A stretch of 64,000 nt of DNA from an uncultured Bacillota bacterium (GTDB lineage Bacteria > Bacillota > Clostridia > Christensenellales > Borkfalkiaceae): assembly GCA_949297575.1 (NCBI GenBank), contig CASFTB010000006.1:7908-71907 (forward strand), in the 5' to 3' direction. Below, one piece after another: positions 17,488 to 28,051 of this stretch. Both the position numbers and the translations under genes were made by a program. The notes below the pieces were generated by a model. It saw only the letters and a list, made by a program, of their open reading frames with translations. It was not told where the DNA came from and did no database searches. Positions within the stretch are counted from its first letter, which is position 1. Every line of letters starts with the position of its first letter.

Positions 17488-18831
17488 ATGAAAAGGACAT
17501 TTTGGCAAAAAAAGCGAAAGATCTTTTTTATAGGCATCGGGGGCATCAGCATGAGCGCGCTCGCGCGCTGTCTGCTGGCGCTGGGTTTTTCCGTGTCGGG
17601 CAGCGACGTCGTCGCGACCGCGTTGACCGCTTCTCTCGAGCGAGCGGGGGCACAGGTCAGCATCGGTCACGGCGCGGAGAACGTCGCGGGGGCGGATGCC
17701 GTCGTCTATACTTCCGCCGTAGGGGATGACGATCCGGAGCTCGCCGAAGCGCGCCGCCGCGGCATCGAAACGGTGAGCCGCGCGCAGCTGTTGTCCCTCG
17801 TCGCCGGATGTTTCGGAACGGTGGTCGGCATTGCGGGCTGTCACGGAAAGACCACGGCGACGGCGATGTGCGCGCATGTCCTGCAGGCCTGCTCCGGCGC
17901 GTGTACGGCACATATCGGCGGGGAAGACCTGGAATACGGAAATTTTTTTGCGGGCGGAGATCGCTACTTCGTCACCGAAGCGTGCGAATATGAGAAAAAT
18001 TTTCTTCTGCTCAAACCGGATATCGCAATCATCCTCAATACGGACGCCGATCACCTCGAGTGCTACGGCAGCGCGGAGGCGCTGGAGGAAGCGTATGCGC
18101 TCTTCGCCCGCTCGGCGGGCTGCGCGGTGCTCTGCGCGGATGACCCGATCGCGGAAAAAGTTCACGCCGCCCGGACCTTTGGCTTTTCTCAGAAAAGCGA
18201 CGTGACCGCGGTGCATCTGCGCGAGAGCGGCGGAAAATACAGTTTTTATCTCCGTATCGGCGAAAAAATATTCGACAAGATCGCTTTGAATGTTTACGGA
18301 AGGCACAATGTGCTCAATGCGCTCGCTGCAGCTGCCGTCGCGGATGTGCTCGGCTATCCGCCCGCCTTTGCCGCGGCCGGGCTGCGCGCGTTTCGCGGCG
18401 TCAGGCGAAGGTTCGAGCATGTCGGCAACTTCTGCGGGGCGGAGCTCATCGCGGACTATGCCCATCACCCGCGCGAGATTGAGGCCGCCCTTCACACGGC
18501 GCGCGAGGTGTGCAGGGGGCAGCTCGTCGTCATCTTTCAGCCGCACACGTATTCGCGGACGCGGCTGCTCTTCGACGACTTTGTTTCCGTACTCTCGCCG
18601 CTGCACGACCTCGTCGTGTATAAAACTTTTCCCGCGCGGGAGAAGTTCGACGCGGCGGGCAGCGCGCGTGCCCTGGCGGAAAAGCTTCCGAACTCTCTCT
18701 ATGCGGAAACGGTCCGCGAACTCGAAGTCTATCTCGCATGTTCCGTCCGCGCGGGGGATACGGTGTTGTTTCTCGGCGCGGGGGATATCTATACGATCGC
18801 CCGCCGCTTCGCGGAGCCTGCGGTCAGATGA
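17488..18831 (+). CDS. murC: UDP-N-acetylmuramate--L-alanine ligase
   Basis: FIGIGGISMSALA, AGCHGKTTATAM and DYAHHPREI. 447 aa. Confidence 0.95.
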   Translation: MKRTFWQKKRKIFFIGIGGISMSALARCLLALGFSVSGSDVVATALTASLERAGAQVSIGHGAENVAGADAVVYTSAVGDDDPELAEARRRGIETVSRAQLLSLVAGCFGTVVGIAGCHGKTTATAMCAHVLQACSGACTAHIGGEDLEYGNFFAGGDRYFVTEACEYEKNFLLLKPDIAIILNTDADHLECYGSAEALEEAYALFARSAGCAVLCADDPIAEKVHAARTFGFSQKSDVTAVHLRESGGKYSFYLRIGEKIFDKIALNVYGRHNVLNALAAAAVADVLGYPPAFAAAGLRAFRGVRRRFEHVGNFCGAELIADYAHHPREIEAALHTAREVCRGQLVVIFQPHTYSRTRLLFDDFVSVLSPLHDLVVYKTFPAREKFDAAGSARALAEKLPNSLYAETVRELEVYLACSVRAGDTVLFLGAGDIYTIARRFAEPAVR

Positions 18832-18840
18832 AAAGAGGTG

Positions 18841-18873
18841 AAAAGCGCGCTCCTGTAAAAGGAGCGCGCTTTT
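18841..18873. terminator. Bidirectional terminator between murC and the DUF815 gene
   Basis: aaaagcgcgctcc / ggagcgcgctttt is a perfect 9-bp GC core plus 4 A-T pairs, with a 7-nt loop. Confidence 0.85.
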
Positions 18874-18891
18874 CGGAAAATGCGGTCGCGG

Positions 18892-20097
18892 TCAGATGTC
18901 GAGCGGAATTCCCTGCGAGGAGCAGGCAAAGGCATAATCGATGAACTGTTTCGCCCTGCGCGGAGAGCGCCCGCCCTTCATGAGCGCCCAGCGCTCGGCA
19001 AGAGCAGACAGCTCTTCGGCGGGGAGGGTGAGCTTTCTGTCTTCCGCGAGCTGGCGCACGATGGAGAGGTATTCCGCTTTTCCCGTCGAGGAGAAGTACA
19101 CCGTCAGCCCGAATCGGTCGGAAAGGGAGAGCTGCTCTTCCATCGTATCGCGCGCATGCACGCTGTTGTCGCGGTCGGAGAAGTTTTCTTTGAGGATGTG
19201 CCTGCGGTTGGACGTGGCGACGATCATCACATTTGCGCTCTTTTCGTTCATGCTCCCTTCCAGGGCGGCTTTGAGGAGGCCGACTTTCTCGTCGTGCTCT
19301 TCGAGGGAGAGGTCGTCTATGAACAGGAAGAAGCGGAAGGGGAGGGAGGAGAGAAGTTCCTTGATCGCGTTGATTTCGCGGATCTGTTCCTTCGCGATCT
19401 CTACGGCGCGCAGGCCGCGGTCAGCATATTTATTGAGCACCGCGTGCACCGTAGAAGACTTTCCTGTTCCTTTGTCGCCGTAGAGGAGCATATCCGAATA
19501 GGGCAGCCCTTTCAGAAAGCTCACTGCATTTTCTTCCACGGCGCGCTTTTCGTCCTCGTAATCTTTCAGGTCGGACAGAGAGACGTCCGACGTGTTGCGG
19601 ACGGGGCGCAGCGCACCGCGCTCGTAAGTGAACGCCTTGTTGCCGATGAACATGCCGTACCCGTTCCTGCTGTAAAAATCTTCGATGCGGGCGAGCGACG
19701 CTTCGCTTGCCCAATCTTTCCCGAACAGCGGGTTGTCCTCGCCGTAGGCAATGGCGGGGAAGTCCTGCGCGATGGACGGGGCGATCGCGGCGGGCTGTTT
19801 CTGCGCGAGGCGGGCGAGAGATTGCAGCGCCGCGAGGTCGTGGCGGTACGCGGCGCGGATGTCCTGCGTGAGTGTACCGGAAAAAGCTCTGCGCGCAAAG
19901 AGATTGTCGTCATACAAGACGCATTCGGCGATATGTTCGGCGAAAGACCTCTGTTTGTCCCGCCCGAGGAGCAGCGCGTACGCGCGGGCATATGCTGCGG
20001 CGTCTTCCCTTTCCGCAGCGGCGCAGAATGCCGCGGCAGCTTCGTCGCCGAGCGCGCCCCCGAGAAGGATGAGTTCTTTTGTGTGTGTCCGGATCAT
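18892..20097 (-). CDS. DUF815-type AAA ATPase (uncharacterised)
   Basis: Walker A LLYGDKGTGKSS, Walker B FFLFIDDLS, then ATSNRRH. It has a roughly 190-aa N-terminal extension. GGGAGGT SD. Confidence 0.75.
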   Translation of the reverse strand: MIRTHTKELILLGGALGDEAAAAFCAAAEREDAAAYARAYALLLGRDKQRSFAEHIAECVLYDDNLFARRAFSGTLTQDIRAAYRHDLAALQSLARLAQKQPAAIAPSIAQDFPAIAYGEDNPLFGKDWASEASLARIEDFYSRNGYGMFIGNKAFTYERGALRPVRNTSDVSLSDLKDYEDEKRAVEENAVSFLKGLPYSDMLLYGDKGTGKSSTVHAVLNKYADRGLRAVEIAKEQIREINAIKELLSSLPFRFFLFIDDLSLEEHDEKVGLLKAALEGSMNEKSANVMIVATSNRRHILKENFSDRDNSVHARDTMEEQLSLSDRFGLTVYFSSTGKAEYLSIVRQLAEDRKLTLPAEELSALAERWALMKGGRSPRRAKQFIDYAFACSSQGIPLDI

Positions 20098-20134
20098 GGG
20101 ATACCTCCCGTTTCGTGCGATTTTTTACCCGTAT

Positions 20135-20163
20135 ATTATACCCCCTTCGCGCGCAAAACGCAA
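20135..20163 (-). promoter_or_regulatory. Putative sigma-A promoter of the DUF815 gene
   Basis: On the minus strand: TTGCGT (20158-20163), 17 bp, TATAAT (20135-20140). Confidence 0.55.
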
Positions 20164-20251
20164 TGATTTCCCGACGGTAAAGTTTTTTGAGCAAATTCGG
20201 AAATCGCATGGAAGTAATAATAAAAATCTATAAACAAAATGGCTCAATCGC

Positions 20252-20280
20252 TTGACGGAATTTTGCCCGCGTACTATAAT
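20252..20280 (+). promoter_or_regulatory. Sigma-A promoter of ilvC
   Basis: TTGACG (20252-20257), 17 bp, TATAAT (20275-20280). The leader is only about 45 nt. Confidence 0.7.
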
Positions 20281-20305
20281 ATTTACGGATTTGATCGAGA
20301 AATAA

Positions 20306-21331
<1,026 letters not shown>

Positions 21332-21348
21332 TCGCGTATGTCGATACG

Positions 21349-21378
21349 AAAGGGCTCCCGCAGAGGCGGGGGCCCTTT
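21349..21378 (+). terminator. ilvC terminator hairpin
   Basis: aaagggctcccgc / gcgggggcccttt forms a 13-position stem with one G-U and loop agag. The U-tract is short. Confidence 0.6.
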
Positions 21379-21423
21379 ATATATGCGCGCGCGTAGAAAT
21401 TTCAAAAACTTCCCACATTTTAA

Positions 21424-21452
21424 TTGAATTATGGGAGGAAAAATGGTATAAT
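21424..21452 (+). promoter_or_regulatory. Putative promoter of ftsK (extended -10)
   Basis: TTGAAT (21424-21429), 17 bp, with TGgTATAAT (TG 21444-21445, TATAAT 21447-21452). Confidence 0.6.
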
Positions 21453-21508
21453 AAAAACAATACAGAAAAATCGGACGGTCGTGCCGTTGCGGCAGGGAGA
21501 AAATTATT

Positions 21509-24500
21509 TTGAATAACCTGGGAAGAGGAAGCGAAAACAATCAGAACGGGAAGGACCGCATTTTTACGCGCGAGACGGCGGGCATCATCATGGTGCTCTT
21601 CGCCGCGATCGCGCTCGTCCTTTTGATCACGCGGGAGGTCGTGTTCGGCGGCGTCGGCTTTGCCGTCAGCGCATTTTTGCTGGGCACGTTCGGGTACTGC
21701 TCGTATATCCTGCTCGCGGCTCTCATCTTTGCGGGCGTCGTGCTCATCACGGGCAAAAAGCCCTCCGTGCCCGGCAAACTTGTCGGGCTGAGCATCCTGC
21801 TCTTCGCCTTCCTCGTGTGCCTCGTACACACCATCACGGCCGCTGCGATCGGGATCCCGTATAACGGATACGGCGCGTATCTTTCCGACTGCTATGCGGC
21901 GGGCGCCTTCGGAGGGGAAGGAAATCCCTGGCCCGCTCCCACGGGCGGGGGCGTCATTTTCGGGCTCATAGTTTATCCCGTCGCCAAACTCACCACCTCC
22001 ATCGGCGGATATATCATCTTTTCGCTGCTGACGCTCGGCTCCGCCTACCTGATCTATGCGTCTGTCAAGGGCGGTTTCCGCCGCCGTGCGGGCGAGCGCG
22101 AACAGGCGGATAAGATGGTCGATTCCGCCACGGCGGATACCTCCGGGCTCTATGACCTGAACTATGCGGCGCAGGGAAGCGCCGAACAGCCGCAGGCATA
22201 CGATGCGGGGTATGCCGCTGCCCCCGGCTTCGAACAGCAGCGGCAAGTGGCTGTGCAGCAGGCGCAGGCAGAGCCGCCTTATGTGCCGAGCAGCCTTGAC
22301 AGATCCCGTCGGCTCTATGAGCTGGGTGAAGATTTCGATTTCAAGTCCAAGCGGGAAATGCGGCAGGAACGGCGGGAAGAGCGCCGCGCACAGCAACAGC
22401 AGCCTCTGCCGCCCGCGCAGCCTTCCGCCTACGAACAGGGGCGCAGCATCCTGTATCCCGACAGGGGGAGGGACGGCGAATACAGCTGGTATCAGGAGCG
22501 CTTCGGCGGCGGATCGTCGGCGCCCGCGCCGCGCGTGTCTTCCTCCTCCGCTTCGGACGCGCCGTACAGCAGCTATACGAGCAACCGCATCTTTGATAAA
22601 GATTCCTATTTCAACAATCCCCGGAGGGGCGCCATCAGCAGGGAACAGTATTCTGCCTGCTTCAAGGGGGCCAGCTCCTATGCGGAAGGGCATGAGCGGA
22701 CGAATCCGCGCAAGTCGGCCGATCCCCCGAAGGAGGAGGCGCAGCAGGCGCCCGCCCCCGCGAAGGAAGAACCCAGGGCGACGACGTATTCCGATCTCTA
22801 TGCAGACGGAGCGGAGAGCAACATCACCTATTCGGACCGCCCGAAAAAGATATTGGCAGAGACGCCTCATTCGGCCGAAGGGACGCCGCGTGAGGATTTC
22901 TACCGCAACGATGTTCCGTCCGATCATTCCTTCTCCCGCCCCGTGCAGCCCGTACAGCCGCCGCAGGCTGAGCCCGTGCGCCCGGCCGCGGAGCCCGTTC
23001 GTCCCGCTCCGGCGCAGAGCGCTGCCGATATCGATGCGGAGGACGTCGTCCGCCGCGCCGGTTTCGGCGAACTGCACCGCCGCGAGCCGGCGGTGACTCC
23101 GGAAGCGCCGCGCAGGGAAGAGCCCGTCCGCCCCGTTGCGGAAGAGAGAGAGGAGCCCGCGCTGCGGCGCGGAGAAGGGGCGAGAGAAGACGCGGCGCCC
23201 GAGCGTTCCCGTACCGTTCCGGAAGAGAGTGCGCCCGCGCCGCGCAGGGAGCCGCCCGCGCGCCCCGCACGCGAAGAGGAGCAGGGCGAGCCCATTCCGC
23301 CCCGGGAAGAGCGCATGCGCCCCGCCATGGAAGAGCGCTTTGCGGAGGAGGAAGCGGAAGAGGAGAGAGAAGAGTCCGGCCTTCGGCCCATTTCCGACAA
23401 CCTCGAGTCTGCCGTCAATCTGTTTGACGAAGACGAAGAAGAGGAGGGCGAAGAGCCTGCGGCTTCCGCCGTTCCGGAGGGGATCAAAGCCGCGCGCGAC
23501 CGCGAACCCGCGCGCGATGTCTCGCTTCCCCGGGGGAGAGACCGTGCCCCCGCGCCTCCTGCCGCGGAAGAAGAAAAGCCGCGTCCGCGCCACGTCTATG
23601 CCAAATATAATCCGCCCCCGCTCGACCTGCTGCGCGACTACGGCAGCGTCGCGATGGATCCCGAAGAGGTGGAAGTCAACAACGCGATCATCGTAGAGAC
23701 GCTCAAAAATCTGAAGATCCCCTGCGAAGTGGTCAAAGTCACGCGCGGCCCTTCCGTCACGCGGTACGATATCTCCGTTCCCGGCAACATCCCTTTGGGG
23801 CGCGTCCTGGGGTGCGATAAAGAACTCGCCCTGCGCCTGCACGCGAAGGACGGCGTCAATATCCAGACGAACTACGAAAACGGCTCCATCAGCATCGAGG
23901 TGCCGAACAAACAGCGCGCCATCGTCGGATTGCGCGAACTGCTCCTTTCGCCCTCTTTTAACAGCGACAAGCCCGGTTCGCTCGTCTTCGGGCTGGGAAA
24001 GGATATCGAGGGCAGGTCGATCTGCGGCGATATCGCGAAGATGAAGCACCTGCTCGTCTCGGGCGCCACCGGCTCGGGCAAGACCATCTGCCTGCACGCG
24101 CTGATCATCAGTTTGCTGTATAAGTACAGCCCCGAAGATCTGCGCCTGATCATCATCGACCCGAAGCAGGTCGACTTCATCGTCTACGACAAGCTCCCGC
24201 ACCTGATGGTCAACGAGATCTTCAACAACGACATCCCCAAGATCATCAATGTTCTCGACTGGCTCATCCGCGAGATGGAGCGCCGCTATACAATCTTCAG
24301 GGAAAAGGCGAAGCGCGGCATCCCCGTCCGCGAGATCGACGACTATAACAAGAACCTGCAGCCGGACGAAGAGAAGCTGCCGAAGATCGTCATGATCATC
24401 GACGAGCTTGCAGACCTCATGGCGGCGGCGAAGAAGGAGATAGAGGACCGCATCCAGCGCCTCACCCAAAAATCCCGCGCGGCGGGCATCCACCTCGTCC

Positions 24501-25063
24501 TCGCGACGCAGCGCCCCTCCGTCAACGTCATCACCGGCGTCATCAAGACCAACCTGCCTACGCGCATCGCGCTCAAACTTACGCAGGAAGTCGACTCGCG
24601 CACCATCCTCGACGAATCGGGCGCGGAAAAACTTCTGGGCAACGGCGACATGCTGTACCGCACCGATTCCATGACCTTCCCCTGTAGGCTGCAGGGAGCA
24701 CTCGTGGTCGCTGAAGAGATGCATCGCGTCGTCAGCTATGTCCGCGAACACAACGAGGCTTACTTTGACGACAGTGTCTCCGACTTTATCAACAACGAGC
24801 AGGGGGGCGGGATCGGCGGAGACGGCGACGACGATTCCGTCGAGCCCGTCTATATCGACGCGCTGCGCTACGTCGTCCAGATCAAACAGGCTTCAATTTC
24901 CATGATCCAGCGCCGCTGTTCCGTCGGTTACCCGAAGGCAGGCAAGATCATCGAATGGATGGAAAATATGGGCTACATTTCCGCCTTTGACGGGGCGCGC
25001 GCCCGCAAGGTGCTTCTCACGCAGGAGGAATTCGATGCTAAGTACGGAGATTACGGCGAATGA
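21509..25063 (+). CDS. ftsK: DNA translocase FtsK/SpoIIIE with a roughly 500-aa Pro/Glu/Arg/Ala-rich linker
   Basis: TTG start. There are N-terminal TM helices and a motor domain with GATGSGKT, IIDELADL and LVLATQRPS. A C-terminal gamma wHTH is present (QASISMIQRRCSVGYPKAGKIIEWME). Confidence 0.93.
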   Translation: MNNLGRGSENNQNGKDRIFTRETAGIIMVLFAAIALVLLITREVVFGGVGFAVSAFLLGTFGYCSYILLAALIFAGVVLITGKKPSVPGKLVGLSILLFAFLVCLVHTITAAAIGIPYNGYGAYLSDCYAAGAFGGEGNPWPAPTGGGVIFGLIVYPVAKLTTSIGGYIIFSLLTLGSAYLIYASVKGGFRRRAGEREQADKMVDSATADTSGLYDLNYAAQGSAEQPQAYDAGYAAAPGFEQQRQVAVQQAQAEPPYVPSSLDRSRRLYELGEDFDFKSKREMRQERREERRAQQQQPLPPAQPSAYEQGRSILYPDRGRDGEYSWYQERFGGGSSAPAPRVSSSSASDAPYSSYTSNRIFDKDSYFNNPRRGAISREQYSACFKGASSYAEGHERTNPRKSADPPKEEAQQAPAPAKEEPRATTYSDLYADGAESNITYSDRPKKILAETPHSAEGTPREDFYRNDVPSDHSFSRPVQPVQPPQAEPVRPAAEPVRPAPAQSAADIDAEDVVRRAGFGELHRREPAVTPEAPRREEPVRPVAEEREEPALRRGEGAREDAAPERSRTVPEESAPAPRREPPARPAREEEQGEPIPPREERMRPAMEERFAEEEAEEEREESGLRPISDNLESAVNLFDEDEEEEGEEPAASAVPEGIKAARDREPARDVSLPRGRDRAPAPPAAEEEKPRPRHVYAKYNPPPLDLLRDYGSVAMDPEEVEVNNAIIVETLKNLKIPCEVVKVTRGPSVTRYDISVPGNIPLGRVLGCDKELALRLHAKDGVNIQTNYENGSISIEVPNKQRAIVGLRELLLSPSFNSDKPGSLVFGLGKDIEGRSICGDIAKMKHLLVSGATGSGKTICLHALIISLLYKYSPEDLRLIIIDPKQVDFIVYDKLPHLMVNEIFNNDIPKIINVLDWLIREMERRYTIFREKAKRGIPVREIDDYNKNLQPDEEKLPKIVMIIDELADLMAAAKKEIEDRIQRLTQKSRAAGIHLVLATQRPSVNVITGVIKTNLPTRIALKLTQEVDSRTILDESGAEKLLGNGDMLYRTDSMTFPCRLQGALVVAEEMHRVVSYVREHNEAYFDDSVSDFINNEQGGGIGGDGDDDSVEPVYIDALRYVVQIKQASISMIQRRCSVGYPKAGKIIEWMENMGYISAFDGARARKVLLTQEEFDAKYGDYGE

Positions 25064-26388
25064 GCGTTCTTGACGGCAAGACTTTCGGCATGATCTCCCT
25101 CGGCTGCGACAAAAACCGCGTCGACGCGGAGCGCATGCTCGGCATACTGCGCGAGCGCGGCTTTGCGGTCACGAACGACGCCTCCGAGGCGCAGGTGCTC
25201 ATCGTGAATACCTGCGCCTTCCTCGCTTCTGCGCGCAAGGAGGCGATCGACGCCGTACTCGACTGCGACGCCTTGCGCGGAGGAAAGCTGGAAAAGATCG
25301 TCGTGTCCGGCTGCCTGCCCGAAAAATTTGCGGACGAACTCTTTCCCGCCCTCACGGAGGCGGACGTATTGCTCGGCACATGCGACGCAGACGTCCTCCT
25401 TTCCGCCCTCGAGCGTTCTTATGCGGAGGGAAGGATCAATGCGGTGCACACGGGGCATGAGGGGGAGGGGGGCCGCGTGCTTACAACGCCGCTGCATTAT
25501 GCATATCTGAAGATCGCAGACGGGTGCAGCAACCACTGCACCTATTGTCTCATCCCGAAGATCCGGGGGAAGTACCGCTCCTATCCCGAGGAACGGCTCG
25601 TCTCTGAGGCGGCTGAACTCGGTGAGCTTTCCGAACTTATCCTCGTCGCACAGGATACGACGCGCTACGGCGAAGACCTGTACGGGGAAAACAGGTTCGT
25701 GCACCTCATCCGCTCTCTCACCGCGCTGGACAACGTCGCCAAGATCAGGCTGCTCTATTGCTATCCCGACGTCATTTCGGATGCGCTGATAGAGGAGATC
25801 GCGCGCAACGACAAGGTGCTCAAATATATAGACATACCTCTCCAGCACAGCGAAGACCGCATCCTGAAACTGATGAACAGGAAGGGCTCCCGCGCGGAGT
25901 ATCTCGCGCTGCTGCACAAGTTGCGCGAGCGCGTTCCCGGCATCGCCGTCCGATCCACTTTCATCGCGGGGTTCCCTACGGAAACGGAGGAAGAGGCTGC
26001 AGCCCTCGCCGGCTTTCTGCGGGAGGCAAAGCTGACGAATGCCGGCTTTTTTGCCTATTCGCGCGAGCCGGAAACGGCGGCATATAAATTGAAGGGGCAG
26101 ATCCCCACGCGCATCAAACAGCGTCGGGTGAAGATGCTCTATAAAGTGCAGGAGCAGGTCTCCGCATCGTTCTTGCGCGGTATGGTCGGCAGCACGGTAG
26201 AGGTGCTCTGCGACGGTATCGATTTTGACCGCGGCTGCTTTGTGGGCCGGGCGGCTTTCAGCGCTCCCGATATAGACGGCAAAGTGTATTTCCGCGCCGC
26301 GGACGCCGTACAGGGGGAGAGGTACCGGATAAAAATTCTCGATGCGGACAGCTATGACCTGTATGGGCAAACGGAGGACTACGAATGA
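25060..26388 (+). CDS. rimO: Radical SAM methylthiotransferase, RimO type
   Basis: LGCDKN..NTCAF..SGC N-terminal cluster, CSNHCTYC radical SAM motif and a C-terminal TRAM-like end. ATGA overlap with ftsK. RimO versus MiaB is judged from size and context. Confidence 0.8.
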   Translation: MSVLDGKTFGMISLGCDKNRVDAERMLGILRERGFAVTNDASEAQVLIVNTCAFLASARKEAIDAVLDCDALRGGKLEKIVVSGCLPEKFADELFPALTEADVLLGTCDADVLLSALERSYAEGRINAVHTGHEGEGGRVLTTPLHYAYLKIADGCSNHCTYCLIPKIRGKYRSYPEERLVSEAAELGELSELILVAQDTTRYGEDLYGENRFVHLIRSLTALDNVAKIRLLYCYPDVISDALIEEIARNDKVLKYIDIPLQHSEDRILKLMNRKGSRAEYLALLHKLRERVPGIAVRSTFIAGFPTETEEEAAALAGFLREAKLTNAGFFAYSREPETAAYKLKGQIPTRIKQRRVKMLYKVQEQVSASFLRGMVGSTVEVLCDGIDFDRGCFVGRAAFSAPDIDGKVYFRAADAVQGERYRIKILDADSYDLYGQTEDYE

Positions 26389-26990
26389 ATCTTCCCAACA
26401 AGATCACTCTCACGCGCATTCTTCTCATCCCCGTGTTTGCGGCAGTCTTTTTTATCGAGGCGATCCCGCAGAATTATTTCATCGCCTGCCTTATCTTCAT
26501 CGTCGCGGCATGTACCGACTTTCTGGACGGGCACATCGCCCGTAAATACGGGTTGGTGACGAACCTCGGCAAATTTCTCGACCCCATCGCAGACAAGGTG
26601 CTCGTTTCCACAGCCTTTATCCTTCTGCTCACCCGCCCGCAGTCGCTGCAAGTGCTGTGGCAGGGGGAATGGGTGATGATCTATGCGGGTGTCTGCGTCG
26701 CCGTCATTTTGGCGCGCGAACTCATCGTCAGCGGCTTCCGCATGGTCGCGGCGTCCGCCGGGCTCGTCCTTGCGGCGGACATGGTCGGCAAGGTCAAGAC
26801 GACTTTTCAGGATATCAGCATCGCAGCGCTTTTGGCGGGCGCGGGCTTTTTCGGCCTGACGGCGGCAGAGCGCGTATTCAACGGCATCGGCATCGCGGCG
26901 CTCGGCATCGCCGCGGTTCTCACCGTCTGGTCAGGCATTTCCTATATCGTTAGAAACAGAGAAGTGCTCAAAGAGAAAAAGGAACAATGA
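26385..26990 (+). CDS. pgsA: CDP-diacylglycerol--glycerol-3-phosphate 3-phosphatidyltransferase
   Basis: CDP-alcohol motif DFLDGHIARKYGLVTNLGKFLDPIADK. ATGA overlap with rimO. Confidence 0.93.
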   Translation: MNLPNKITLTRILLIPVFAAVFFIEAIPQNYFIACLIFIVAACTDFLDGHIARKYGLVTNLGKFLDPIADKVLVSTAFILLLTRPQSLQVLWQGEWVMIYAGVCVAVILARELIVSGFRMVAASAGLVLAADMVGKVKTTFQDISIAALLAGAGFFGLTAAERVFNGIGIAALGIAAVLTVWSGISYIVRNREVLKEKKEQ

Positions 26991-28051
26991 AAAACGCCTG
27001 TATCGCAGTGCGCGGCAGGGCGGAGCCCTTTTCGGAGGATTTTGAACGCCCGCTGAACGCGCTGCTCGAGGGCGGGTACTGTGCGGACAAGACGTTTCTC
27101 CTTGCGGAAGGGGAAGAGCACGAATTCGCACAGACCGTCATCGAGTGCAAAAATTTTTTTGACAACGTCATCGTCGCTGCCCGAGAGCAGGTGCTCCCGA
27201 AGCTGCGCGCCCGCGTTGCTGAGCTGCTCGGCGTCGGCGGCGGCGCGGAGCTCGTCTCCGGAACGAAGCGCTTTTTCTGCATCCCCTTCGGAGAGGGCGG
27301 CGAGAGGGCAGTGCGCGGCGAGGTCCTTCCCACGCTCCGCGAGCGCGATGCCGCGCCCCTTTCCCGCTCTTTTCTGCGTGCCGTTGGGGCGCCTGCGGAG
27401 AGGCTCGCCGCTGCCGTCCGTGCGGCGGAAGGCGTCGGGGGCGTCATTTGTTCCGTCAGCGAACGGCACGGGGAGCAGCGCCTTGTACTCAGCTATGCCT
27501 CGGATATCGCAAAGTCCGCGGCGGACGAGGCGCTGCGCGCCGCGGCGGAGGCGCTCGATGAATTTACCTATGCGATCGACGACACTCCTCTCGCGCAGCG
27601 GGTGTTCGAGCTGCTCAAATTGCGGGGCACGAAGCTCTCCGTGGCCGAATCGTTTACGGGCGGAGGCGTGGCAAAGAGATTGATCGCGATCCCCGGTGCG
27701 AGCGAGGTGCTCTTTGAGAGCGTCGTCGCCTACGACAACGGCTCAAAAATGAAGAGACTGGGCGTCTCCGCAGAGACGCTCGCCGCGCAGGGCGCCGTTT
27801 CCGACGAGACGGCGTACGAGATGGCGGCAGGTTTGTTTGCGACGGGCGGCTGTTCCGCCGTCCTCTCCACGACGGGCATTGCCGGCCCGGCATCCGACAA
27901 CACGAACAAGCCCGTCGGGCTCTGCTATATCGCCGTCGGCAGCAGGGAGGCGGTCTACGTCTACAAATATCTGTTCAAAGGCAGCCGGGAAGAGATCACC
28001 GAGCGCGCCGTCAATCAGGCACTGTTTCTTCTTTACAGGCAGATCAAATGA
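26987..28051 (+). CDS. cinA: CinA-family protein (PncC-like C-terminal domain, divergent N-terminal half)
   Basis: The C-terminal part reads LSVAESFTGGGVAKRL...STTGIAGP...GLCYIAV, as in the CinA/PncC deamidase domain. The N-terminal part lacks the GGLGPT..D MoCF motif. Confidence 0.75.
   Translation: MKNACIAVRGRAEPFSEDFERPLNALLEGGYCADKTFLLAEGEEHEFAQTVIECKNFFDNVIVAAREQVLPKLRARVAELLGVGGGAELVSGTKRFFCIPFGEGGERAVRGEVLPTLRERDAAPLSRSFLRAVGAPAERLAAAVRAAEGVGGVICSVSERHGEQRLVLSYASDIAKSAADEALRAAAEALDEFTYAIDDTPLAQRVFELLKLRGTKLSVAESFTGGGVAKRLIAIPGASEVLFESVVAYDNGSKMKRLGVSAETLAAQGAVSDETAYEMAAGLFATGGCSAVLSTTGIAGPASDNTNKPVGLCYIAVGSREAVYVYKYLFKGSREEITERAVNQALFLLYRQIK

Noticed and set aside
21377-24751. 1,124-aa ORF on the minus strand, the second-longest ORF in the window
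   Set aside because: It lies entirely antisense to ftsK, which has unambiguous motor motifs. Its translation is Arg/Gly/Ala/Pro-rich low complexity with no motifs. This is typical of stop-codon-poor antisense frames in high-GC DNA.
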